Source: Actinomycetales bacterium
GTDB taxonomy: Bacteria > Actinomycetota > Actinomycetes > Actinomycetales > CAVURS01
DNA length: 27,134 bases
NCBI GenBank assembly: GCA_045807245.1
Contig: JBJMHS010000045.1
Coordinates: forward strand, 62,001-89,134
Reading direction: 5' to 3'
The notes below the pieces were generated by a model. It had not been told where the DNA came from. It worked only from the letters and a program-made list of their open reading frames with translations, and did no database searches. Positions 1 through 7,545 of this stretch are shown here, one piece after another. The first letter of the stretch is position 1. Each line of letters starts with the position of its first letter. The position numbers and the translations under genes are program-made.

Positions 1-2
1 TG

Positions 3-659
3 CGGCTGCGGCTGCCGGCCATCGAGTCGGCCGAGCTGTTCCTGGCCGACGGCCTGGCCCTGGTCCGCGCCCACACCGGCCTGCCGGTACCCGTGCCGGG
101 TGACCACGCGGCGTACCTGCTGGTCGAGGTCGCGAGCCGCGAGGACCCGACGGACGACCTGTACGCAGCGCTCGAAGCCGCCGCGGAGGCCGTCCCGGGC
201 ATAGACGACGTGGTCATCGGAGCGGACGGGCCGAGCCGCGAGCGGCTGTGGCGCTACCGCGAGGCTCACACCGAGTCGATCGGCGCGGCCGGCATCCCGG
301 TCAAGCTGGACATCGTCCTGCCCCGCGCCAGCCTCGACCAAGGCCTGCGCGAGCTCCCGGACGCCGTACGGCGGGTGTCACCGGGCGCCCGAACGGTCAT
401 GTTCGGACACCTGGGAGAGGGCAACGTGCACGTCAACGTCCTCGATGCCGACGACGCGCATGCCGTGACCGACGCCGTCCTTCGCTACGTCGCGGCCTGC
501 GGCGGCAGCATCAGCGCCGAACACGGCATCGGCCGGGCCAAGGTGGGTTGGCTGAGCTTGACTAGAAGCCCCGACGAGATCGCCGCGATGCGCGCGATCA
601 AGCGCGCCCTCGACCCGCAGGGACTGCTCAACCCGGGCGTCATCCTGGCCGCGGACTGA
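3..659 (+). CDS. FAD-linked oxidase/dehydrogenase (GlcD / D-lactate dehydrogenase-like), C-terminal part, 5'-truncated
   Basis: Frame is open from position 3. Motifs FGHLGEGNVHVN, GGSISAEHGIG and ALDPQGLLNPG are typical of the FAD-oxidase C-terminal domain. Confidence 0.9.
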   Translation, partial: RLRLPAIESAELFLADGLALVRAHTGLPVPVPGDHAAYLLVEVASREDPTDDLYAALEAAAEAVPGIDDVVIGADGPSRERLWRYREAHTESIGAAGIPVKLDIVLPRASLDQGLRELPDAVRRVSPGARTVMFGHLGEGNVHVNVLDADDAHAVTDAVLRYVAACGGSISAEHGIGRAKVGWLSLTRSPDEIAAMRAIKRALDPQGLLNPGVILAAD

Positions 660-663
660 GGTC

Positions 664-1227
664 ATGGGAGCAGCCGGCATCCGGTTCCGTCGCGGCACCG
701 TCCACGACCTCGACGCGCTGAGGCCGTTGTGGGTCGGCGTGCACCACCAGCACCAGGCCTCGATGCCCGAGCTCGCGCCGTACGTCACCGACGAGGCGAC
801 CTGGACCGAGCGGCGCAAGCTGTACGTCCAGGTGCTGGCCAAGCCGGACACGATCCTGCTGCTGGCGTACGACGATGCGGCAGCCGACGGGCCGGCGCTG
901 GTCGGCTACGGCTTGGCCCATGTGGTCCAGACCGGTGACACCTGGATCGCCGACACCTGGCGGCGCGGCGAGCGCATCGGCGAGATCGAGTCGCTTGCCG
1001 TCTCGCCCAGCCATCGTGGACACGGCATCGGCACGGCGCTGCTGGAGCAGTTGGAGTCCACGCTGGCTGCGATCGGTGTGGAAGACCTGATCCTGGGCGT
1101 GGTCGCGGGCAACGTTGCAGCGCAACGGCTCTACGCCCGGCGTGGCTACCTGCCGACCTGGCTGTACATGTCCCGCAGCCCGTCCAAGCGCAGCGGAGTG
1201 AGGTCACCAGGTCTTGGTGACCTTTGA
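664..1227 (+). CDS. GNAT family N-acetyltransferase
   Basis: Acetyl-CoA motif LAVSPSHRGHGIGTALL and C-terminal NVAAQRLYARRGY. Starts 4 nt after the upstream stop. Confidence 0.9.
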   Translation: MGAAGIRFRRGTVHDLDALRPLWVGVHHQHQASMPELAPYVTDEATWTERRKLYVQVLAKPDTILLLAYDDAAADGPALVGYGLAHVVQTGDTWIADTWRRGERIGEIESLAVSPSHRGHGIGTALLEQLESTLAAIGVEDLILGVVAGNVAAQRLYARRGYLPTWLYMSRSPSKRSGVRSPGLGDL

Positions 1228-2262
1228 CAGGCCGCGGGGGCTGTCCGGGTCGAGCCCCCGTGCGGTCGACACCTCAAGGGCCAGCCACTGCAACGGGATG
1301 ATGTCGACGATCGGGTGCAGCTCGTCGCCGAGGTCGGTCGGCAAGGTGAAGTGCGACGACGCGTGCGGTGCCAGAGCAGGGTCACCGAGCAGCAGGACGT
1401 CGGCACCCCGCTCCTCGAGCCGTTCGAAGACCGGGCGCATGGCCTCGCCACCCACGCCACCCGGAGCGACCGCGATCACCGGGTGGTCGCGGTCCACCTG
1501 GGCGAACGGCCCGTGCATCAGGTCGGCGCCCGAGAACGCGTGTGCCGCAACGTAACTGGTCTCCATCAGCTTGAGCGCTGCCTCACGCGCCGTCGGGTAG
1601 TCGTACCCCCGCCCAGTCACGACGAACTGCGTGGCGAACCGGAACCGGTCGGCCAGCTCGGCGATCTCGGCCCTGCGCTCGACCAGGTCGGCGGCACCCT
1701 TAACGACGCTGTCGACCCGAGACCGCAGGCCCGCCTCGTCGCCTGCCGCGTGCGTCCATGACTCGACCAGCAGGTACAGCGCCAGCAGCTCGGCCGTGTA
1801 GCTCTTGGTCGCGGCGACCGCCTGCTCGTCCCCGGCGCGCACGTCGATCTGCAGGTCGGCCGCCGTCGCAAGCGGTGACTGCGGCGCGTTCGTCACCGCC
1901 ACCGTCGTCGCACCGCACTGCCGCGCGACCTGCAACGTCTGCAGGAGGTCCGGACTACCGCCGGACTGGCTCACCGCGATGAGCAGCACGTCGCGCAGGT
2001 CCGGCCGGGCGCCGTATGCCGTGAGGGACGAAGGGGAGGCGAGCCCGCACGGCAGGCCGCCGCGGATCTCGAGCAGGTACTTGGCGTACAGCGCCGCGTG
2101 GTCGCTCGTTCCGCGCGCTGCGAGCAGCACGAAACGGGGCCGCAGGCCGGCCAGCCTGCGCGCGACCCCGCGGATCTCGGCCAGCCCGTTGTCGACGATC
2201 CCCTGCAGCATGTCCGGCTGGTCGGCGATCTCGCGCGCCATCAACGGCTGTCTGCTGCTCAT
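1204..2262 (-). CDS. SIS-domain protein (GlmS isomerase-like / glucosamine-6-phosphate deaminase type)
   Basis: MAREIADQP, ARGTSDHAA, SQSGGSPD, AVAATKSY, EAALKLMET and HGP motifs, C-terminal GLSKVTKTW. No glutaminase domain. ATG at 2262 overlaps the TetR stop (ATGA). Confidence 0.9.
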   Translation of the reverse strand: MSSRQPLMAREIADQPDMLQGIVDNGLAEIRGVARRLAGLRPRFVLLAARGTSDHAALYAKYLLEIRGGLPCGLASPSSLTAYGARPDLRDVLLIAVSQSGGSPDLLQTLQVARQCGATTVAVTNAPQSPLATAADLQIDVRAGDEQAVAATKSYTAELLALYLLVESWTHAAGDEAGLRSRVDSVVKGAADLVERRAEIAELADRFRFATQFVVTGRGYDYPTAREAALKLMETSYVAAHAFSGADLMHGPFAQVDRDHPVIAVAPGGVGGEAMRPVFERLEERGADVLLLGDPALAPHASSHFTLPTDLGDELHPIVDIIPLQWLALEVSTARGLDPDSPRGLSKVTKTW

Positions 2263-2882
2263 GCCGGTCCTCGGGTCACAGGCAGGCCGAACTCGAGCAG
2301 GTCGAAGCCATCCTTGACGTAGCCGGTCAACGGTTCCCGGCCGCCGCCGTCGCTCCACCGCTCCACCGCGTCGCTGAGTACGGCGGACACCAGGGTGACG
2401 ATGAGCTGAGGGCGGCAGTCGACGGTGAGAGGCGGACCGGAGGCCGAGCCTTCATTACTGCCCATCCGACGGGCGACCTCACGTTCGAGCTCCTTGACCC
2501 CGACCTGGCGTTGTCGGTCGAACCGCGGCTGGAGGCAGGGCGACGAGCGCAGCACCCTGGACAGCTTGAGCAGCCGGGTCGCGCTGTCCTCGTCGAGGTC
2601 GGCCCAGCCCAGCGCAGCCTCGCGCAGCGCCGTCGAGAGCGACTCCTCGGCGGGGCGCGCCTCCAGGCGATGCACCAGGTCGACCACGCCGGCCCGCAAC
2701 AGGTCGACGACGACGTCCTCTTTGGTCGGGTAGTAGCGGAAGAACGTGCGTGGGGAGACCGGGACCGACGCGGCAATGTCCTCGACCGTCGTGGCGTCGT
2801 ACCCACGCTCGATGATCAGGTCTACCGCGGCCGCGGCCAACCCCTCGCGGGTCTGCTGTTTCTTGCTCTCACGAAGCGACAC
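2259..2882 (-). CDS. TetR/AcrR family transcriptional regulator
   Basis: SLRESKKQQTRE...GYDATTVEDIAASVPVSPRTFFRYYPTKEDV helix-turn-helix. GTG at 2882 is preceded by GAGGAGG. Confidence 0.92.
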   Translation of the reverse strand: MSLRESKKQQTREGLAAAAVDLIIERGYDATTVEDIAASVPVSPRTFFRYYPTKEDVVVDLLRAGVVDLVHRLEARPAEESLSTALREAALGWADLDEDSATRLLKLSRVLRSSPCLQPRFDRQRQVGVKELEREVARRMGSNEGSASGPPLTVDCRPQLIVTLVSAVLSDAVERWSDGGGREPLTGYVKDGFDLLEFGLPVTRGPA

Positions 2883-2948
2883 GGCCACCGCCTCCTCGCA
2901 GCCGGCCAATCATGACACGCACCCTCAGTTTGACACCCCGCTGCTATT

Positions 2949-2968
2949 TGTCAGCGCCGTGACAGAAT
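2949..2968. promoter_or_regulatory. Putative TetR operator TGTCA-N6-TGACA overlapping a -10 (CAGAAT) for the PAP2 gene
   Basis: Perfect inverted repeat at 2949-2964. Extra TGACAC half-sites at 2913 and 2931. CAGAAT (2963-2968) lies 6 nt before ATG 2975. Confidence 0.6.
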
Positions 2969-2974
2969 ACTCGC

Positions 2975-3778
2975 ATGTTCGTCCGAGCACCGGCCTGGGT
3001 CCGCGAGGTCCTCCTGCTCGGCGCGCTGTACCTCGTCTACGAGCTCGGGCGGATGTTCTCCCGCGACGAGCTCTCCGAGGCGCTGACCAACGGCCGACAC
3101 CTTGAGACGGTCGAACGCACCCTGCAGCTGGACCCCGAACAGTTCCTCAACGCTGCGCTCAGCCAGCACACGACGCTCGCCGTGGTGGCGGCGTACTTCT
3201 ACTCGACCCTGCACTACGTCGTGACGCCGATCGTGCTGGTCTGGATGTACCGGCAGCGCCCCGATCACTACCGGTTCGCGCGCACCACGCTCGCGGGCGG
3301 GACGCTGCTGGCACTGGCCGGTTTCTACCTGATGCCGACCGTGCCCCCCCGGCTGTTGCCGGACTCCGGTCTGCAGGACACGTTGGCCACGGTGCAGAGC
3401 TGGGGCTGGTGGGGCGGCGACGGCAGCGTCCCGCGCGGTCTGGGCGGACTGTCCAACCAGTTCGCCGCGATGCCGTCGCTGCACGTCGGCTGGGCGGTCT
3501 GGTCCGGAGTGCTGGTCGCCCGGTACGCAACCCACCGCGTCGTGCGTTGGCTGGGTGCGATCTACCCGCTGCTCACGACCATGGTCGTTCTGAGCACGGG
3601 CAACCACTACCTGCTCGACACGGTTGCCGGCGCCGCCATCGTCGGCCTGGGAGCAGCGGCGGCGTGGGGCATCGCTCGGCTGCGCGACACCGACGCCGTA
3701 CCGCACACCATCGCGCTGCCGCAGCAGCGGCCGGCGCCGGTCTACGACCTGGGGCTCGAGGACGCCGTCAGCCGCTGA
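2975..3778 (+). CDS. PAP2-superfamily membrane protein (Aur1/inositol-phosphorylceramide synthase-like, PAP2_3)
   Basis: Several hydrophobic segments plus PTVPPRL, NQFAAMPSLHVGWA and TGNHYLLD catalytic motifs. Confidence 0.85.
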   Translation: MFVRAPAWVREVLLLGALYLVYELGRMFSRDELSEALTNGRHLETVERTLQLDPEQFLNAALSQHTTLAVVAAYFYSTLHYVVTPIVLVWMYRQRPDHYRFARTTLAGGTLLALAGFYLMPTVPPRLLPDSGLQDTLATVQSWGWWGGDGSVPRGLGGLSNQFAAMPSLHVGWAVWSGVLVARYATHRVVRWLGAIYPLLTTMVVLSTGNHYLLDTVAGAAIVGLGAAAAWGIARLRDTDAVPHTIALPQQRPAPVYDLGLEDAVSR

Positions 3779-3800
3779 CGGACGCCCTCAGCCGCTGACG
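3761..3800. repeat. 20-bp tandem duplication containing a palindrome, across the PAP2 stop codon
   Basis: GACGCCGTCAGCCGCTGACG followed by GACGCCCTCAGCCGCTGACG (1 mismatch). The first unit contains CGTCAGC-C-GCTGACG. Confidence 0.85.
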
Positions 3801-3814
3801 CGCGCTCCGCCGGC

Positions 3815-4369
3815 TCAGCCGCGACCGGTGGACAGGGCCAGGAACTCTGAGCGGGTCGCCGGGTCATCACGGATCCGACCCTTCAACGCCGAGGTGGTCG
3901 TGCGGGAGCCGGCTGCGCGCACCCCGCGCAGGCTCATGCACATGTGCTCCGCCTCGATGACCACGCCGACGCCCCGCGGGCTCAGCTGGTCCTGGAGCCA
4001 GTCCGCGACCTGCTGGGTCAGGCGCTCCTGCACCTGCGGCCGGCGGGCGAACATCTCGACGACGCGGGCCAGCTTGGACAGTCCGAGGATCCGGCCGGCG
4101 GGCAGGTAGCCGACGTGGGCGACCCCGACGAACGGCAGCAGATGGTGGGCGCACACCGACTGCACCGGGATCGAGCGGGCCAGGACGAGCTCGTCGTACC
4201 CCTCGTCGTTGGGGAACGTCGTGAGGTCGAACGGACGCGGGGTGAGCATCTCGGCGTACGCACGCGCCATCCGGCCCGGCGTACCGAACATCTCCTCGCC
4301 GTCGACCTGGATGTCCAGGGCGGCGAGGAAGTCAGCCGCGGCCTTCTCGGCCGCCACGAGGTCGGGCAT
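3815..4369 (-). CDS. folE: GTP cyclohydrolase I
   Basis: TPGRMARAY, SVCAHHLLPF, GLSKLAR, RPQVQERLT and AEHMCMSLRGV (zinc ligands intact). ATG 4369 follows GGGAG. Confidence 0.95.
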   Translation of the reverse strand: MPDLVAAEKAAADFLAALDIQVDGEEMFGTPGRMARAYAEMLTPRPFDLTTFPNDEGYDELVLARSIPVQSVCAHHLLPFVGVAHVGYLPAGRILGLSKLARVVEMFARRPQVQERLTQQVADWLQDQLSPRGVGVVIEAEHMCMSLRGVRAAGSRTTTSALKGRIRDDPATRSEFLALSTGRG

Positions 4370-4432
4370 CGTCGTCTCCCTGTCTATCCTGTCTAACGGA
4401 CAGTAGGTTGGACGGTAGAGCGCTTCGTCCTC

Positions 4433-4455
4433 TAAAGACAACCGATATGTCTTTA
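4433..4455. promoter_or_regulatory. Putative operator TAAAGACA-N7-TGTCTTTA between divergent folE and the HTH regulator
   Basis: Perfect AT-rich 8-bp inverted repeat in a high-GC background. Confidence 0.7.
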
Positions 4456-4485
4456 ACAAGTTCGCCGCACTGACCAGGAGTCGGC

Positions 4486-5193
4486 ATGGCTGAGTCGAGC
4501 CGCCCCACCCTCGACGCCGAGGTCGCCGGCGTGGCCTGTCTGGCCGAGCCCCGACGCCTCGCGCTCTACCGGTTCGTGGCCGGGCAGCCGGACCCGGTGG
4601 GCCGCGACGAGGCCGCCGCCGGTGTGGGCCTGCCGCGGCACACCGCGAAGTTCCATCTGGACAAGCTGGTCGAGGAGGGCCTGCTCGACGTCGAGTACCG
4701 ACGGCTGACCGGTCGGGTGGGCCCGGGTGCGGGCCGCCCGGCGAAGCTCTACCGCCGTGCGGCCCGCGAGATCTCCGTGACGCTGCCGGAGCGCGAGTAC
4801 GCGCTGGCCGGCGACCTGATGGCGACGGCGATCGAGCAGTCCATGGCTGCGGGACAGGACGTCGTACCGGCGCTGCACAAGGTGGCGCGAGCGCGCGGTC
4901 GGGCGATGGGCGACACGGTCAGGAAGACGACCGGGCGGCGGGCCGGACGCCCGGCGTTGCTCTCCGCGACCGCAGAGGCGCTCGCGTCCTCGGGCTACGA
5001 GCCGCGCGTCGATGCGGGGCAGGTCACGCTGGCCAACTGTCCGTTCCATGAGCTGGCTCAGCGGCACACCCGGCTGGTCTGCGGGATGAACCTCGCGCTG
5101 CTCGAAGAGATGGCGGCGCAGACCGACGGTCGCCTCACGGCGAGGCTGGAGCCCGGCGAAGGCCGTTGCTGCGTCGTAGTCTCGGTGAGCTGA
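4486..5193 (+). CDS. ArsR-like / SufR-like (COG2345-type) HTH regulator with C-terminal Cys motif
   Basis: LAEPRRLALY, TAKFHLDKLVEEGLL and GAGRPAKLY; C-terminal NCPF..VC..RCC (CX13CX28CC). AGGAG ribosome-binding site. Confidence 0.85.
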   Translation: MAESSRPTLDAEVAGVACLAEPRRLALYRFVAGQPDPVGRDEAAAGVGLPRHTAKFHLDKLVEEGLLDVEYRRLTGRVGPGAGRPAKLYRRAAREISVTLPEREYALAGDLMATAIEQSMAAGQDVVPALHKVARARGRAMGDTVRKTTGRRAGRPALLSATAEALASSGYEPRVDAGQVTLANCPFHELAQRHTRLVCGMNLALLEEMAAQTDGRLTARLEPGEGRCCVVVSVS

Positions 5194-5228
5194 TCCGTCC
5201 CACATCCGTTGCGCCGGTGGAGGATTCG

Positions 5229-6176
5229 ATGCAGACATGGCTGACCGAGCGGTTCGGCATCACCGTGCCGGTCGTGAGCGCACCCATGGCCGGCGTGGCC
5301 GGGGGCGTGCTGGCTGCTGCCGTCTCCGAGGCCGGTGCGCTGGGAATGGTGGGGATCGGCGGCCGCGCGACGCCTGAGTGGATCAGCCGCGAGTGCGCGG
5401 TCGCCTCTGCCGGTGGACGACCGTACGGCGTGGGACTGCTGGCGTGGGCCCTCGCCGACATCCCGGGCCAGGTCGACGCGGTCGTCGAAGCCGCGCCGGC
5501 GTTCGTCAGCATCGGCTACGGCCCGTACGCCGAGCACATCGCCACCCTGCGGGCGGCCGGCTGCGTGGTGGCGACGACCATAGGCAACCTGAGCGAGGCC
5601 CGCGCGGCAGAGGAAGCCGGGGCCGACGTGATCGTCTCTCGCGGACTCGAGGGCGGCGGCCACGGGCGTGACCAGGTCGCGACCCTGCCGCTGCTGCAAT
5701 CGGTGCTGGACGTCGTGTCCGTCCCCGTGCTCGCCGCTGGTGGCATCGTCACGGCCCGGGGTCTCGCCGCGGTGCTGGCGGCGGGCGCCGCGGGTGCCTG
5801 GGTCGGCAGTGCGTTCCTCATGTGCGTCGAGGCGACGACGACACCGCAGGAGCGGGCGCGCCTCGCCGCGGCGACGGACACCGACACGGTGTACGGCCGC
5901 GTGTTCGACATCGGCAAGCGAGCGGGGTGGCCTCGCGAGTGGGGCGACCGAGCACTGCGGAACGCGTTCTTCGACACGTGGACTGGTCACGAGGACGAGC
6001 TGGCGCAGGACGACGCAGCGCGCGACGCCTACGCAGCGGGTGCGGCAGCCCAGGATTTCGACGTCGCGGCTCTCCAGGTCGGCCAGGGAGTGGCGTCGAT
6101 GACGGCCGAGCGCACCGCCGCCGATGTCGTGGCCGAGCTGGCCCGCGCCGAGGAGCTGTTGGCGCGCTGGCGTTGA
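5229..6176 (+). CDS. Nitronate monooxygenase (2-nitropropane dioxygenase) family FMN enzyme
   Basis: PVVSAPMAG, LAAAVSEAGALG, GLEGGGHG (catalytic His), PVLAAGGI and GAAGAWVGSAF. GGAGG lies before ATG 5229. Confidence 0.9.
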   Translation: MQTWLTERFGITVPVVSAPMAGVAGGVLAAAVSEAGALGMVGIGGRATPEWISRECAVASAGGRPYGVGLLAWALADIPGQVDAVVEAAPAFVSIGYGPYAEHIATLRAAGCVVATTIGNLSEARAAEEAGADVIVSRGLEGGGHGRDQVATLPLLQSVLDVVSVPVLAAGGIVTARGLAAVLAAGAAGAWVGSAFLMCVEATTTPQERARLAAATDTDTVYGRVFDIGKRAGWPREWGDRALRNAFFDTWTGHEDELAQDDAARDAYAAGAAAQDFDVAALQVGQGVASMTAERTAADVVAELARAEELLARWR

Positions 6177-6180
6177 CCGG

Positions 6181-7446
6181 TCAGACGTCGCGGCGCAGCA
6201 GGTCGTCGTACGTCTCCCGCCGCAGGACTGCGCGGGCGCTGCCCTGCGACACGAAGACGACCGGCGGCTTCAGGGCGCCGTTGTAGTTGTTCGACATCGT
6301 GTGGCAGTAGGCGCCGGTGACGGGTACGGCGAGCAGGTCATCGACCGCAGGCCGGTCGAGCTCGATCTCCTTGATCAGCGTGTCCCCGGACTCGCAGTGC
6401 CGGCCGACCAGGCGAACGGACTGCCCGCCGCCCACGCGGTCGACCATGGTCGCCTCGAACCGCTGCTGGAACAGCGACACCTCGAGGTTGTCCCCCATGC
6501 CGCCGTCGACCGCGACGAACGTCGGGGCGTCGTCCGTCCCCGGCTTCACGGTCACGACGCGATAGAGGGTGAAGGCCGTCTCGGCGACCATGCTCCGTCC
6601 CGGCTCGATGATGAGCTGGGCCGACTCGGGCAGCAGCTTGCGCGCTCCGTCGGTGATGATCTGCACGTACTCCTCGATGGAGGGCGGCCGGTCGGTGTAC
6701 GTGTACCGCGACCCGAGGCCGCCCCCGACGTTGTAGACGTCGAACTCACCGAGACCGGCGACGAACTCGACCGCCTCCGCGAACGGCTCGCCGTCGAGGA
6801 TCTGCGAGCCGATGTGCACGTGCACGCCGTCGAGCCGCAGCTTGTCGCTCGCACGCAGCCGCTCGACTGCGCGCCGCGCATCGGGCAGCTCGAGGCCGAA
6901 CTTCGAGCCAGCCTGGCCGGTCGAGATGGCCTCGTGGGTGTCTGGCGCGATGCCGGGGATGATCCGGACCAGGACGCCCTGCTCACCGTCGACCATCCGC
7001 TCCAGCCGGTCGATGTCGTCGAAGTTGTCCACGACGATGCACCCGACGCCTGCGTCGAGGCCGCGCCGGAGCTCGGCCTCCGTCTTCGCGTTGCCGTGCA
7101 TGATGATCAGCGCCGGGTCGACGCCGCCGGCCAGCGCCATGAGCAGCTCGCCCGTCCCGGCCACGTCGACCCCGAGACCTTCGTCGGCCATGACCCGGTA
7201 GACCGCCGTACAGGGGAAGGACTTCGAGGCCCACGAGGCCCGTCCGCGCGGCCAGCCGCTCCTCATGGCGGACTCGAACCGGCGGGCGCGGTCGCGCAGG
7301 TGGTCCTCGTCGACGACGTACGCCGGGGTCCCGAACTCCTCAGCGATGTCCTCGGCCCGGACACCCGCCACGGTGAGGTGCCCGTCGGCGGCCAAGGCGA
7401 CGTTGGGGGCGAACAGCGACAGGATCTCGGGGGTCACAGCGCGCAT
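6181..7446 (-). CDS. lysA: Diaminopimelate decarboxylase (alternative start GTG 7437)
   Basis: FGTPAYVVD, ASKSF (PLP lysine), HGNAK, SKFG, HVHIGSQI, EPGRS, HCESGD, TGAY and NYN motifs. Confidence 0.9.
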   Translation of the reverse strand: MRAVTPEILSLFAPNVALAADGHLTVAGVRAEDIAEEFGTPAYVVDEDHLRDRARRFESAMRSGWPRGRASWASKSFPCTAVYRVMADEGLGVDVAGTGELLMALAGGVDPALIIMHGNAKTEAELRRGLDAGVGCIVVDNFDDIDRLERMVDGEQGVLVRIIPGIAPDTHEAISTGQAGSKFGLELPDARRAVERLRASDKLRLDGVHVHIGSQILDGEPFAEAVEFVAGLGEFDVYNVGGGLGSRYTYTDRPPSIEEYVQIITDGARKLLPESAQLIIEPGRSMVAETAFTLYRVVTVKPGTDDAPTFVAVDGGMGDNLEVSLFQQRFEATMVDRVGGGQSVRLVGRHCESGDTLIKEIELDRPAVDDLLAVPVTGAYCHTMSNNYNGALKPPVVFVSQGSARAVLRRETYDDLLRRDV

Positions 7447-7510
7447 CGTTGCACAACGCCGTACCGGGCAAAGCGGCTGCTATCGGGCACAGTTGGTGCG
7501 GCCGGTGAAT

Positions 7511-7537
7511 TCAGAGCGGCCGTCCAGGAGCCGATAA
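7511..7537 (+). promoter_or_regulatory. Sigma-28 (FliA/WhiG)-like promoter TCAG-N15-GCCGATAA
   Basis: Exact GCCGATAA -10 at 7530-7537, TCAG at 7511-7514, ATG 8 nt downstream. Confidence 0.7.
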
Positions 7538-7545
7538 CTCAGATC

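Noticed and set aside
1204..1227. Convergent 3' overlaps (also 15442-15479)
   Set aside because: Short tail overlaps are common in high-GC genomes; no sign of function.
6124..7545. N-terminal 474 aa of the 972-aa ORF, suggesting a novel fusion to the GGDEF protein
   Set aside because: It is the antisense shadow of lysA; the real start is ATG 7546 after its own promoter.
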